A DNA stretch of 64,000 nucleotides, taken from the NCBI GenBank assembly GCA_045613765.1, contig JAZLBO010000016.1:40265-104264 (forward strand). The letters are read 5' to 3'. Positions within the stretch are counted from its first letter, which is position 1, and the number at the start of each line of letters is the position of its first letter. Shown in pieces: positions 30,207 to 40,671 of this stretch. This stretch comes from Clostridia bacterium (GTDB lineage: Bacteria; Bacillota; Clostridia; Christensenellales; CAG-917). The notes beneath the pieces are model-generated. The model searched no databases, had not been told where the DNA came from, and was given only the letters and a program-made list of their open reading frames with translations. Made by a program: the position numbers and the translations under genes.

Positions 30207-30548
30207 GTGTATAATGAAGAAAGTCACGATAGAAATTTGGAAAAATATTTAGCCGACAGATACAAGGGTTGGGCAACTGATCAAAGGATGTTCTTGAAAC
30301 TTGTGGAAGAACTTGGCGAGGTTTCAGAAATCATCAATATGAAAGCAGGCATTAAGTCTTGTGACAAAGAAAATTTGGACAGAGAATTGGGCATTGAACT
30401 TGCCGATATGATCCACTATATTGTTGCAATCGCTGCATTAAATGACATAGATTTGAATTCTATAATTTTGGAAAAAGATAAAGTTGCATCTGTAAAATAT
30501 AATCACACAATCAACTTGGAAGAATTTATGGAAAGAGAACAAGAATAA
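30207..30548 (+). CDS. MazG-like nucleotide pyrophosphohydrolase, possibly frameshifted near its start
   Basis: KLVEELGEVSE, ELADMIHY, KY.H; alternative ATG 30214 in another frame. Confidence 0.8.
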   Translation: MYNEESHDRNLEKYLADRYKGWATDQRMFLKLVEELGEVSEIINMKAGIKSCDKENLDRELGIELADMIHYIVAIAALNDIDLNSIILEKDKVASVKYNHTINLEEFMEREQE

Positions 30549-30594
30549 AAATAACCCTCGAGATGATCGAGGGTTTTTTGTTTGATTATTGTTA

Positions 30595-32292
30595 TTATGC
30601 TTTGAGTTCCGTGTGGTCGTTGGGGACGGCAAGGGCAGTCTTATAGTTTACATATATCACTTGACCGGGATGTCCATTTGGCATACGTTTTACATTGCGT
30701 CTTTCAGTATAATCCACATTTTGACTTCCCTTGAAGTCGGAGCAAGCGATTTCGGCTGCGATTTTGATTGTTTCATCAGGAACTTTCTTGCCTTCTGTCA
30801 AAATTATGACGTGTGCGCCGTGTCCGTTTTTGACGTGCAACCAAAGATCACTGCCAGAAGCAACACGGAAGGTAAGTTCATCATTTTGCAAGTTATTTTT
30901 GCCTTTCAAGATTGTAAATCCACCGTATTGATATTTGTGGGGTGGCTCACTCTTTTCTTTACGAACTTTGCCTTTTGACGATTTCTTTCTCAAGACACCA
31001 AGTTTTTCAAGTTCTTCTTCTATGGCAACGGTGCTACTATCGTAGGGGAGTGTTGCAAGTTCGTTTTCTATTGACAGAACATAGTCCAAAAGATTTTGGT
31101 CATTGACAAGCTTTTTCTCTGTAAACTCTTGTTGTCTTTTGAGTTTATTATACTTTGTATAATAGTATTTGCTATTTCCAGAAGGTGTCAACGTTTCATC
31201 AAGTTTGACAATCATTTCTTCCCCTGTGTAATAGTTTTCGCAGACAAGTTGTTTATCTCCTTTTTTGATGCGATATATGTTTGAAACAATCATTTCACCA
31301 CACAGGCGATATTCTTCCATATTCTTACATTCTTCAAGGCGATCAAGGTCAATGCTAATATTTTTTTCAACCTTGTTTTTGAGGTGTTTTACAGTGGTAT
31401 TCAAGGTTTTGAGTCTTGCCTTATTTCGTATTTCAGTGTCAGTCACTGAAAATAGGGCATCATAAGCCTCGCTCATTGTTGTAAAGGTGCAAGAATCCTT
31501 GTCTTTCAGTACATCATAGTGATATGGAAGGACATCTTTTCCATTGAGCAAAGCAGGGGAATAAAAGTCCTTTTCGGTTATATTTCTAAACTCATCAATG
31601 ACAGACAAAAGTTTGTCTTTTTCCGTGGTTGAAAGTGCGGAAACTGTGTTTGTTTCCAATCCACATTTGTGGAGAATTTCTGACACCGTCACCCCCGAAA
31701 AACCTGAAATATTTTCAATGATATATTTGTGCAAATCCCCACCATTGAAAGTGTCAAAGACATCATTACAGTTGGTTAGATAGCTGGTTTTCTTTTGAGC
31801 AACAGGCTCATACTTGACGCCACGGAGCACAACGTGATCTCTTGTTGCATCAAGGGGCAGATGCTTGACGGCATCCAAAATTGTCAAATTTTCGTCAGTG
31901 AAAACAATGTTTGAATATCTGTTCATAATTTCTGCAAAGAGATAATAGATGGCATCATCTTTCATTTCTGTGCGAGCCTTGAACTTGACTTGTATGATAC
32001 GATCATTGTTGAATACGCTGACGCTTTCAATGTTGCTTACTTGCAAGTGTTTGCGAAGGAGCATGCAAAGAGAAGGAGCGTTGATGGGATTTTGCTTTTT
32101 GCTATTTGTGATGTGAATACGTGGCGCACCTGCATTACAGGACACGCAAAGGCAGAGGTTTTTCCCGTTGTTGCGAAGGAAAAATCTCAATTCATCGGGG
32201 TCGGGTTGCACAATTTTGTCAACTCTTGCTCCCGAAAGCGCAGTATTCAATTCGTTTGAAAGGGCAGATAATGCCACCAAATCGCTTCCCAT
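30595..32292 (-). CDS. rqcH: NFACT family ribosome quality control protein (RqcH/FbpA)
   Basis: KIVQP, MLLRKHL, DRI, EIMNRYSNI, YY.KY.KLK, GKNNLQND.LT, WLH...GAHV, VDYT. Confidence 0.92.
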   Translation of the reverse strand: MGSDLVALSALSNELNTALSGARVDKIVQPDPDELRFFLRNNGKNLCLCVSCNAGAPRIHITNSKKQNPINAPSLCMLLRKHLQVSNIESVSVFNNDRIIQVKFKARTEMKDDAIYYLFAEIMNRYSNIVFTDENLTILDAVKHLPLDATRDHVVLRGVKYEPVAQKKTSYLTNCNDVFDTFNGGDLHKYIIENISGFSGVTVSEILHKCGLETNTVSALSTTEKDKLLSVIDEFRNITEKDFYSPALLNGKDVLPYHYDVLKDKDSCTFTTMSEAYDALFSVTDTEIRNKARLKTLNTTVKHLKNKVEKNISIDLDRLEECKNMEEYRLCGEMIVSNIYRIKKGDKQLVCENYYTGEEMIVKLDETLTPSGNSKYYYTKYNKLKRQQEFTEKKLVNDQNLLDYVLSIENELATLPYDSSTVAIEEELEKLGVLRKKSSKGKVRKEKSEPPHKYQYGGFTILKGKNNLQNDELTFRVASGSDLWLHVKNGHGAHVIILTEGKKVPDETIKIAAEIACSDFKGSQNVDYTERRNVKRMPNGHPGQVIYVNYKTALAVPNDHTELKA

Positions 32293-32457
32293 GCTTTTAT
32301 TATACACAAATTTTTTCTGTTTTCAACGATAATTGAAGGAAAATACCTTTGAAAGCAAGGTTTTTTTGTTTGCTTTTTGCGCTTGTTTGTGATATACTCT
32401 TTCATACTTTATGAAAATATTTATATGCCGTACAAATTCGGCAATATGGAGGACATA

Positions 32458-33849
32458 ATGAGTTACACATTCGAAAAACTTGAAAAGAGTCAAGTCAAAT
32501 TCCAATTTGATATCGATTCAACCACTTTTGCAGATGCAATCAAAGAAGCATACCAAAAGACAAAGCACAAATTCCAAATTCAAGGCTTCCGCAAAGGTCA
32601 CGTTCCTATGAATGTTATCGTAGGAATTTATGGCAAGGAAGTATTTTATGAAGATGCAATGGATATCGTTATACCCAGAGCATACGGCGAAGCACTTTCA
32701 AAAGAAAATCTCGACGTCGTTTCACAACCCGAACTCACAGCATTTGATTTCAAAGAAGATGGTGGCGCAACATTTGAACTTATCGTCACAGTAAAGCCTG
32801 AAGTGGCACTTGGACAATACAAAGGTCTTGAAATCGCAAAGAAAGTTGACAGAATCACAGCAAAGCAAGTTGACGAAGCAGTTGAACAAAATCGTCAAAA
32901 GCAAGCACGTCTTGTTGACACAGACAAGGCAGCAGAAATGGGCGATATCGTTGATATCGACTTTGTTGGTTCAGTTGATGGCGTCAAATTTGAAGGTGGC
33001 GCAGCAGAACATTATGAACTCGAACTTGGCAGTGGTCAATTTATCCCCGGCTTTGAAGAACAACTCGTTGGCGTAAAAGCAGGCGACAACAAAGCAGTCA
33101 ACGTCAAATTCCCCGAAGAATACCATGCAGAAAACCTCAAAGGTCAAGATGCAGTATTTGAATGTACAGTTCACGCAGTGAAAGTCAAGGAACTCCCTGC
33201 ACTTGATGACGATTTTGCAAAAGACGTTTCAGAATTTGACACTCTTGCAGAATATAAGAACGACATCAAAAATAAAATGAAAGAAGATGCAGAACTCCGT
33301 GCAGAACGTGCATACGAAGACGCACTTGTTGAAGCAATCGTCAAAAATGCAACAGTTGAAATCCCCGAAGTTATGATTGACAACGAAGCAGAAGATATGG
33401 TTGCAGAATTCGAATATCGTCTTATGTACCAAGGCATCAAACTTGACGACTATCTCTCATACGTCGGCATGGACAAGGATGCACTCAAGAAGGAATACAA
33501 GGCACAAGCAGAAAACAGTGTCAAAGTCCGTCTTGTCATGGAACAAATCGTAAGAACAGAAGATCTCAAGTTCAGCGACGAAGAAATCGACGAAAAACTT
33601 TCAAAGATGGCAGCAGACGCAGGCAAGGATCTCGATACATACAGAAAGTCACTCCGTAAAGAACAAATCGACTATATTGTCAACCAAATTCTTTCAGACA
33701 AATTGATGGCACTTCTTAAGAAGGAAAATAGTGCAGTTTCAAAGGCAAGTGCAAAGAAGGCAGCAGAAGAAACAACAGAAACAGCACCTGCACCCAAGAA
33801 AGCACCTGCAAAGAAAACAACAAAAAAAGCAGAACAACCCGAAGCATAA
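32458..33849 (+). CDS. tig: Trigger factor
   Basis: GFRKGHVP, FKBP domain IDFVG..DG..FEGG, FIPGFEEQL; GGAGG SD. Confidence 0.96.
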   Translation: MSYTFEKLEKSQVKFQFDIDSTTFADAIKEAYQKTKHKFQIQGFRKGHVPMNVIVGIYGKEVFYEDAMDIVIPRAYGEALSKENLDVVSQPELTAFDFKEDGGATFELIVTVKPEVALGQYKGLEIAKKVDRITAKQVDEAVEQNRQKQARLVDTDKAAEMGDIVDIDFVGSVDGVKFEGGAAEHYELELGSGQFIPGFEEQLVGVKAGDNKAVNVKFPEEYHAENLKGQDAVFECTVHAVKVKELPALDDDFAKDVSEFDTLAEYKNDIKNKMKEDAELRAERAYEDALVEAIVKNATVEIPEVMIDNEAEDMVAEFEYRLMYQGIKLDDYLSYVGMDKDALKKEYKAQAENSVKVRLVMEQIVRTEDLKFSDEEIDEKLSKMAADAGKDLDTYRKSLRKEQIDYIVNQILSDKLMALLKKENSAVSKASAKKAAEETTETAPAPKKAPAKKTTKKAEQPEA

Positions 33850-33873
33850 TTTTGGGTGAAGTTGGAGAATAAT

Positions 33874-34464
33874 ATGAACAACACACTTATTCCGTATATT
33901 GTAGAGCAAACGGGACGTGGCGAACGTTCCTACGACATCTATTCACGCTTGTTGGAAGATAGAATTATCTTCCTTACTGGCGAAATCAATGATGCAGTTG
34001 CAAATACGGTTGTTGCACAACTTATTTATCTTGAAGGAAAAGATGCAGGCAAAGACATCAGTCTTTATATCAACAGCCCCGGTGGTTCAGTGTCTGCAGG
34101 TATGGCAATCTATGACACAATGAACTATATCAAGTGTGACGTGTCAACAATCTGTATCGGTATGGCAGCATCAATGGGCGCATTTCTTCTTTCAAGTGGT
34201 GCAAAGGGCAAGAGATACTCATTGCCCAACTCAAAGATTATGATTCACCAACCTTTGGGTGGCGCACAAGGTCAAGCAAGTGATATCGCAATCGTTGCAG
34301 AAGAGATTCTTAAGACAAAGAAGAAACTCAACACAATCCTTGCATCCAACACAGGACAATCACTTGAAAAGGTGGAAATAGACACAGACCGTGACTATTA
34401 TATGACTGCTGACGAAGCACAAAGTTACGGTATTGTTGACAGAATTTTCACAAATCGTCTGTAA
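33874..34464 (+). CDS. clpP: ATP-dependent Clp protease proteolytic subunit
   Basis: [31 protein letters not shown]. Confidence 0.97.
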   Translation: MNNTLIPYIVEQTGRGERSYDIYSRLLEDRIIFLTGEINDAVANTVVAQLIYLEGKDAGKDISLYINSPGGSVSAGMAIYDTMNYIKCDVSTICIGMAASMGAFLLSSGAKGKRYSLPNSKIMIHQPLGGAQGQASDIAIVAEEILKTKKKLNTILASNTGQSLEKVEIDTDRDYYMTADEAQSYGIVDRIFTNRL

Positions 34465-34582
34465 TTTGACTGCAAGTTCAAATCTACGATTTGAATTTGA
34501 TGAGAGCCTTGGCATATCCAAGCAAAATTTAGCATAACGTTTCAAGGGCAAAATTTTTGCCCTTGAACAGTTTGGAGTAGAA

Positions 34583-35827
34583 ATGGATTATCAAAAAATA
34601 GTACACTGTTGTTTTTGTGGACGTAGTGGCGATGAGGTGGCAGATCTCGTTGCAGGACCAAATGACTTGTTCATTTGTAATGAATGTATTGAACAAGCAT
34701 CTTTTGTCCTTGAAAGAAAAAATGGCAACACAGGAGATGTCGTTTCACTCTACACCCCCCAACAAATCAAGGCAAAACTGGATGAATATATCATCGGTCA
34801 AGACAGCGCCAAAAAGGTTCTGTCCGTTGCCGTGTACAATCATTATAAGAGAGTTAACCACGCAAAGAAGCACAACGTTGATGGCGTAGTGCTTGAAAAG
34901 AGCAACGTCCTTCTTCTTGGCCCTACAGGCAGTGGTAAAACTTTGCTTGCAAAGACGTTGGCACAAATCCTTAATGTTCCTTTTGCAGTTGCAGATGCAA
35001 CCACATTGACCGAAGCAGGTTATGTTGGCGAAGATGTTGAAAACATCTTGTTGAAACTCATCCAAGCAGCAAACGGAGATATTAAGAAGGCAGAAGTTGG
35101 CATAATCTACATTGACGAAATCGACAAAATTGCTCGCAAGAGTGAAAATGTGTCAATTACACGTGACGTCAGTGGCGAAGGTGTCCAACAAGCACTTCTT
35201 AAGATCATTGAAGGCACGGTGGCAAGCGTGCCCCCTCAAGGTGGCAGAAAGCACCCAAATCAAGAGTGCTATCTTCTTGATACAACAAATATCTTGTTTA
35301 TCTGTGGTGGTGCATTTGTTGACCTTGACAAGATCATTGACCAAAGAAAAGATAGTTCTAAACTGGGATTTGGCAGTTCAGTGAAGGGTACACTTGACTA
35401 TCACTATGATGAGCTTATTGCAGCACTTCAACCTTCTGACCTTATCAAATTCGGTCTTATCCCTGAATTTGTTGGCAGAGTGCCTATTGTTGTAGGTTTG
35501 AACGCTCTTGATGAAACGGCACTTGTCAAGATTTTGTCAGAACCCAAAAATGCTCTCACTAAACAATACAAAACACAATTCAAGATTGATGATGTTGACC
35601 TTGAATTTGAAGAAGATGCCTTGAAGGCAGTTGCAAATAAGGCAATCCAACTCAACACAGGCGCACGTGGACTTCGTGCAATCCTTGAAGACTTGCTCCT
35701 TGATATGATGTATGACATCCCCAGCGACAAGTCCATTGAAAGAGTTGTGGTCAATGCAGATTGTATAACTTCAAAGGCAAAACCACAAATTATACGCAAG
35801 AGCAAAACTCAAGCAGAAACAGCATAA
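34583..35827 (+). CDS. clpX: Clp protease ATP-binding subunit ClpX
   Basis: C4 zinc finger, [30 protein letters not shown] loop. Confidence 0.97.
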   Translation: MDYQKIVHCCFCGRSGDEVADLVAGPNDLFICNECIEQASFVLERKNGNTGDVVSLYTPQQIKAKLDEYIIGQDSAKKVLSVAVYNHYKRVNHAKKHNVDGVVLEKSNVLLLGPTGSGKTLLAKTLAQILNVPFAVADATTLTEAGYVGEDVENILLKLIQAANGDIKKAEVGIIYIDEIDKIARKSENVSITRDVSGEGVQQALLKIIEGTVASVPPQGGRKHPNQECYLLDTTNILFICGGAFVDLDKIIDQRKDSSKLGFGSSVKGTLDYHYDELIAALQPSDLIKFGLIPEFVGRVPIVVGLNALDETALVKILSEPKNALTKQYKTQFKIDDVDLEFEEDALKAVANKAIQLNTGARGLRAILEDLLLDMMYDIPSDKSIERVVVNADCITSKAKPQIIRKSKTQAETA

Positions 35828-35880
35828 CAACGACAAAAAACAGCACTCTAACGTGCTGTTTTTCACAAAAGGTAAATTTT

Positions 35881-36465
35881 ATGATCATCAAAAATGCAAA
35901 GTTTGTCACCTCTGTGGCAGATGCAAAATCACTTTACGACACACAAACGAGCGAGATTGCCATTGCAGGCAAGTCTAATGTTGGCAAGTCATCTTTCATC
36001 AACTATATTTGCAACAACGGAAAACTTGCAAGAACGTCTGGCGATCCCGGTAGAACAAGATTGCTCAATTACTTTGAAGTCAACAATGGCGAATTTTACT
36101 TTGTAGATTTGCCCGGTTACGGCTATGCAAAAGTTGCCAAAGATGAAAAGGCAAAGTGGGGTGCAATGATAGAAGGGTATTTGACAGGCAGTGAAAGATT
36201 GAAGAACGTCTTTGTCCTTCTTGACATCCGTCACAAGCCCACAGACGACGACAAGATGATGGTAAACTTCTTGTTTCATTACAATATTCCTTTCACTCTT
36301 ATTGCAACAAAAGCAGACAAATTGAGCCGTATGCAACAAATGAAAAACAGACAAATGCTTGCCTCTGAAATGGGAGTAGGGGTGGACAACGTCTATCTTA
36401 CGTCGTCTTTGAATAAAACTGGAAAAGAGGCAATTTTTGATAGAATTGGTCAAATTTTGGGCTAA
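35881..36465 (+). CDS. engB: Ribosome biogenesis GTPase YsxC/EngB
   Basis: GKSNVGKSS, PGRT, DLPGYG, TKADK. Confidence 0.95.
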   Translation: MIIKNAKFVTSVADAKSLYDTQTSEIAIAGKSNVGKSSFINYICNNGKLARTSGDPGRTRLLNYFEVNNGEFYFVDLPGYGYAKVAKDEKAKWGAMIEGYLTGSERLKNVFVLLDIRHKPTDDDKMMVNFLFHYNIPFTLIATKADKLSRMQQMKNRQMLASEMGVGVDNVYLTSSLNKTGKEAIFDRIGQILG

Positions 36466-36615
36466 ATTACTCTAAAATATGTGAAAATTTAGAATACTTT
36501 GGCAAATTTTGGCAAAAATTTACTGAAATAAGCAAAATTAAAAACTCGCAACAACTTGTATTTTCAAGGGTTGCGAGTTTTGTTTTTCAATTAAGTTTTT
36601 TTGTTCTTGATTTTG

Positions 36616-37305
36616 TTATAAAACTTCGACAAGCTTGTTGCCGACAAGGTCGCAGGAAGTCAAATGATAGGGGATGCTGTTCTTTTCAATGATTGGATTA
36701 ACCCTTGCGTTTTTGCCGTGTAAATGGCCGTACAGCACTTTGTCAACCTTATATTCTTCAAGGAGTGTAGTGACTTCGCTTTCGTTGAATAAAACGTCAA
36801 ATGGTGGGAAGTGAAGGAGAGCAATGACAACGTCTTCATCTGTGCGTTGATCCTTCATGGCGTCAAGGCTCATTTTAAGGCGTATAAGTTCACGTTGGTA
36901 TATTTTGTTGTCTTCTTCGGTTGTTTCGTTTGTAGGGATTGTCCAGCCTCTTGAGCCTACAATGAGAACGTTGCCAAGGCGTATGCAGTTGTTCTGTAAG
37001 AACAAGAAGTCAGGAAACGCTGTACGCATTTTTCCAAGAGAGTTCCAATAGTAGTCATGATTGCCACGGAGTACAACTTTTTTCCCGGGTAGAGCAGAAA
37101 GCAATGCAAAATCGGGGGCTGCCTCCTCTATGGAAATTCCCCAAGAAATGTCCCCACCAATAAGGACTATGTCATCATTTTGCACTTTCGCAGTCCAGTC
37201 GGCAGTTATTTTTTCAAAATAATTGTCCCAACCCGGCCCAAAAATATCCATAGGCTTGTTGACTGCAGATGACAAATGTAAATCACTGATTGCAAAAACT
37301 TTCAT
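36616..37305 (-). CDS. Metallophosphoesterase
   Basis: ISDLH, GDISW, GNHD, HFPP, GHLH. Confidence 0.92.
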   Translation of the reverse strand: MKVFAISDLHLSSAVNKPMDIFGPGWDNYFEKITADWTAKVQNDDIVLIGGDISWGISIEEAAPDFALLSALPGKKVVLRGNHDYYWNSLGKMRTAFPDFLFLQNNCIRLGNVLIVGSRGWTIPTNETTEEDNKIYQRELIRLKMSLDAMKDQRTDEDVVIALLHFPPFDVLFNESEVTTLLEEYKVDKVLYGHLHGKNARVNPIIEKNSIPYHLTSCDLVGNKLVEVL

Positions 37306-37359
37306 ACCAATATATTAACACAATATTTCAACAATTTCAAATATTATAATTGTAAATAA

Positions 37360-37521
37360 TTAAAATGGTGGAGACTGCCATTGCTTGGGCAGGCCTGTGA
37401 CAGCACGGAAAGACGGCAAACAACACTAACAAAGGAGGCAGTCCTATGACAAAGAACGAAAGAAAGCAATTTAAGGCAGGTAAATGCTTGGAAAAAGGAC
37501 GGCGTTTTGCCGTCCTTTTTC
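37360..37521 (+). ncRNA. Candidate structured small RNA (unidentified)
   Basis: GC-rich island in AT-rich intergenic DNA after TATAAT (37345) and ending in a strong terminator; internal complementarity. Confidence 0.35.
37491..37521. terminator. Bidirectional intrinsic terminator
   Basis: GAAAAAGGACGGC-GTTTT-GCCGTCCTTTTTC. Confidence 0.85.
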
Positions 37522-37530
37522 GAGTTTTGA

Positions 37531-38172
37531 CTATTGGTTGCAGGTGGGGAAGAGTGGTAGATCAAATACCCCTTGGCATGCCTCTTGAGTGAAAGGCGTG
37601 CACTCTGGGATACGGCAATAGCCGTAAGAGGGTATAAGCAATTCTACATCTGCCTCAACTTTAAGTACAACTGTCACACAAGCAGTGATTGAGAAGGTGT
37701 TGTTGCCTGTGTAAGTGCCGTTGGGGCTTGCCATATTGACCCTTGCGCTCAATTCAACGGGGAACACACTGCCTGTGGGTACACACATGACCACGTCAAG
37801 TGGGTAGGAAACAGTGCCTGTGCCACTGCCTGCAACGCCGTTTGCGTCGGTGTAGTTGATGACAACTGGGATTGACACTGTGGCTTGAACTCTTGATAGA
37901 CCTTGCCTATCGGCAAGAGGTGTCACTGTGAGAGAAGTGATTGTGCCGTTGCTGCTTGTTGACTGACCACTGACAAAAGTCAAGGGCAGAGTGGGATCTG
38001 CAGGTGTAAGATTTGTCAAAGTTACACTTGTTGTTTCAAGGGTTGACTGGGTCATGCAAGCGTCAAAGACTTTACGTACAGTCACGCACACTTTTTCACA
38101 CAGTCCATTGATTGGGTTTCCGCTGATATTCCCGGGGCATCTATCAGCGCCGTTGTTGTTGCAAAAAGACAT
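37531..38172 (-). CDS. Cys/Thr-rich hypothetical protein, probable spore coat/exosporium component
   Basis: AAGGAGG SD; CEKVCV.V.KVFDAC and LLIPSYGYC motifs; SigK-like promoter. Confidence 0.7.
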   Translation of the reverse strand: MSFCNNNGADRCPGNISGNPINGLCEKVCVTVRKVFDACMTQSTLETTSVTLTNLTPADPTLPLTFVSGQSTSSNGTITSLTVTPLADRQGLSRVQATVSIPVVINYTDANGVAGSGTGTVSYPLDVVMCVPTGSVFPVELSARVNMASPNGTYTGNNTFSITACVTVVLKVEADVELLIPSYGYCRIPECTPFTQEACQGVFDLPLFPTCNQ

Positions 38173-38200
38173 CTTTTTACCTCCTTTTTATTGACGCTAC

Positions 38201-38228
38201 ACAATATGCTTTTGTGAAAAATTTTGTG
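38201..38228 (-). promoter_or_regulatory. SigK-type promoter
   Basis: CACA-16 bp-CATATTGT on minus strand. Confidence 0.6.
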
Positions 38229-38410
38229 ATAGAGCAAGATCTTTTTGTCAAAATAATCATTTCAATGATTGATAGTTGAAAAATTTTGAAACGTCGCATC
38301 CTGCAGTTTTTATCTTTTGCGACCAAAAATTCGCAAAAAAATAGCGCAAAAACGGTATTTTGCATATAGTTTACAAGTAAACCAAAAAAAAGTTGAAAAT
38401 CAGACAAAAT

Positions 38411-38444
38411 AGTGGTTGACAGTGGTCGGTATCTATGATACAAT
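38411..38444 (+). promoter_or_regulatory. SigA promoter of dcw operon overlapped by MraZ-type GTGG repeats
   Basis: TTGACA(38416)-17-TACAAT; AGTGGT at 38411 and 38421 (10-bp period). Confidence 0.65.
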
Positions 38445-38472
38445 ACTCTCGAATAAAGGAAACAGGTGATTT

Positions 38473-38934
38473 ATGTTCGATTTTATGCTCGGAAATGTTC
38501 GTCATCAACTTGACGAAAAAGATAGAATGAGAATCCCTGCCAAGTACCGTGAGGCACTTGGTGGCACTTCTTATATTCTTCCCGGCAGAAAAGTGGACGG
38601 CAATCACTGTTGCTTGTACGTCATTCCCTATGACAAGTTTGAAAAGGTCTTTGCAAAACTTGACAGTGATGAACTTTATGGCGGTGACGAAAGAGTTGAC
38701 GCAGCAACCACAATCTTGGGTGCAGCAGAGAAGTTGACTGAAGACGGTCAAGGCCGTGTGAGATTGTCAAAGGAACTTTGTTCTTGTGCATCAATCGAAA
38801 AGGACATGGTCTTCGTTGGAAAGGGTACATACCTTGAACTTTGGTCGGCAGAAGTCTGGGACGAAAGATACAGCATCCTCAACAAGTCAAATCTTGACAA
38901 AGTCCTTGACAACTTGAAGAAGCACGGAGTGTAA
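38473..38934 (+). CDS. mraZ: Transcriptional regulator MraZ
   Basis: LDEKDRMRIPAKYR, DGQGRV, LELWS; first gene of dcw. Confidence 0.9.
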   Translation: MFDFMLGNVRHQLDEKDRMRIPAKYREALGGTSYILPGRKVDGNHCCLYVIPYDKFEKVFAKLDSDELYGGDERVDAATTILGAAEKLTEDGQGRVRLSKELCSCASIEKDMVFVGKGTYLELWSAEVWDERYSILNKSNLDKVLDNLKKHGV

Positions 38935-38935
38935 A

Positions 38936-39871
38936 ATGGAATTCTCTCACGTATCCGTTCTGCTTGATGAATGCATTGACGGACTGAAAATTAAAAGTGA
39001 CGGCATTTACGTTGATGGAACTCTTGGTGGTGGTGGCCATTCACTTGAAATAGTCAAACGACTCGGTGAAAATGGAAGACACATTGCAATCGACAGAGAT
39101 GCAGATGCATTGATGGCAGCAGGAGAAAGACTTCACGCACACGCGTCAAAAATAACATACGTGCACGACGACTTCAAAAACTGTTGTTCAGTCCTTGATG
39201 AACTGGGAATAGAAGAAGTTGACGGAATACTCCTTGACCTTGGTGTCAGTTCATATCAACTTGACAACGCAGAACGTGGTTTCAGTTATATGAAGGATGC
39301 CCCCCTCGATATGAGAATGGATCAAAGTCAATATCTCACAGCATTCAATGTTGTAAACGAATTTACAGTGAGCCAGTTGACAAAGATACTGTATGAATAT
39401 GGCGAGGAAAAACTTGCTCCAAGGATTGCAGAAAGAATTGCAGCATACAGAGATAAACAAACAATTTCAACCACATTGCAACTTGCAAAGATTGTTGAAG
39501 AAAGTTATCCTGCAAAGACAAGATGGAAATACGGACATCCAGCAAAAAGAACATTTCAAGCCGTTAGAATATATGTTAACAACGAATTGACTGGTCTTGG
39601 CGAAACCGTAACAAACATGGCAAGACGTCTTAAGAAAGGGGGAAGAATGGCTGTCATCACCTTCCACTCACTTGAAGACAGAATTGTAAAAACAGCATTT
39701 AAGGATATGGCAGCAACCTGCACATGCCCACCAAATTTCCCCGTGTGTGTATGTGGAAAGGTCAAAGAAGTGGAACTTGTCACAAAGAAACCCATTGTTG
39801 CCTCCGAAGAAGAACTTAAAAGAAATTCACGTGCAGAAAGTGCAAAACTGCGCATAGTCGAAAGAGTATAA
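38936..39871 (+). CDS. rsmH: 16S rRNA m4C1402 methyltransferase
   Basis: HVSVLL, DGTLGGGGHS, DLGVSS.QLD, RTFQA.RI, ITFHSLEDR. Confidence 0.97.
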   Translation: MEFSHVSVLLDECIDGLKIKSDGIYVDGTLGGGGHSLEIVKRLGENGRHIAIDRDADALMAAGERLHAHASKITYVHDDFKNCCSVLDELGIEEVDGILLDLGVSSYQLDNAERGFSYMKDAPLDMRMDQSQYLTAFNVVNEFTVSQLTKILYEYGEEKLAPRIAERIAAYRDKQTISTTLQLAKIVEESYPAKTRWKYGHPAKRTFQAVRIYVNNELTGLGETVTNMARRLKKGGRMAVITFHSLEDRIVKTAFKDMAATCTCPPNFPVCVCGKVKEVELVTKKPIVASEEELKRNSRAESAKLRIVERV

Positions 39872-39884
39872 GAGGAGATAAATT

Positions 39885-40637
39885 ATGGCCATCACACTTG
39901 ATGAATTGCTTGGCATGAATACAAAAACGAGAAACGACGAGCAACCTATTGATCGTTTTCCGTCATATGATGATTTTGCAAGAAGAACACGTTCATACTC
40001 AAATGAAGAACGTTCTTCATACAACGGATTTACATCTGTGCCTCAATCAAGTAGTGGTCGCAGTGTTGAATTCATGAGAGAACATGAAGCAGCACGTCCT
40101 TATGCTCGTCCTACACAAAATGAATATCAAAATTTCGACTATAGTTTTGAAAACCTTCGCACTCGTAGAGAAGCACCTGTTGCAACATACGTAGAGCCTG
40201 TCCAAGTTGAAGAAAGTGTTGACACACTTTACGGCTATGCACGTGCAGATAAAGACAGACCTTCTGATCGTGAACTCTATGACAGACTTGCATCAACAGG
40301 CACAGCAGTGCGTCCCGTTGAAACTGTCAGAGAAGAAAAGGCAACAGCACAAAAAACAAGCATCTTTACACATGTTAAAACAAGACAACACAACGACACA
40401 GAAAAGAAAGCACGCCTCAACACAAAGGGCAAAATTCTTCTTGGTGTTTACGTTGCAGTGATTATACTAGTTGCCGTGTTGATTATTGTCAACGCAGGCG
40501 CACTTAATAATGGTTCCGCCACCACGCCTTCCTCCTCCATCTCTGGTGTGGTGTCTGCGGACGCAAATTCAAGTAATATTGCAGACGTGCCGGCAATAAA
40601 CTTTAACTATGGCACACATACAATCCAAATCCAATAA
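39885..40637 (+). CDS. Bitopic membrane protein at the ftsL position
   Basis: AGAGGAG SD; long hydrophilic N-term, single TM (ILLGVYVAVIILVAVLIIV), short C-term. Confidence 0.7.
   Translation: MAITLDELLGMNTKTRNDEQPIDRFPSYDDFARRTRSYSNEERSSYNGFTSVPQSSSGRSVEFMREHEAARPYARPTQNEYQNFDYSFENLRTRREAPVATYVEPVQVEESVDTLYGYARADKDRPSDRELYDRLASTGTAVRPVETVREEKATAQKTSIFTHVKTRQHNDTEKKARLNTKGKILLGVYVAVIILVAVLIIVNAGALNNGSATTPSSSISGVVSADANSSNIADVPAINFNYGTHTIQIQ
40596..40624 (+). promoter_or_regulatory. SigE-type promoter for spoVD inside upstream gene
   Basis: ATA-18 bp-CATACAAT. Confidence 0.55.
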
Positions 40638-40671
40638 AAATTTCAATAACAAATTTCAATCCTATCTTCCA

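Noticed and set aside
37366..37376. tmRNA/tRNA 3' end (GTCTCCACCA on minus strand)
   Set aside because: No T-arm (GTTCRA) or matching 5' acceptor strand upstream.
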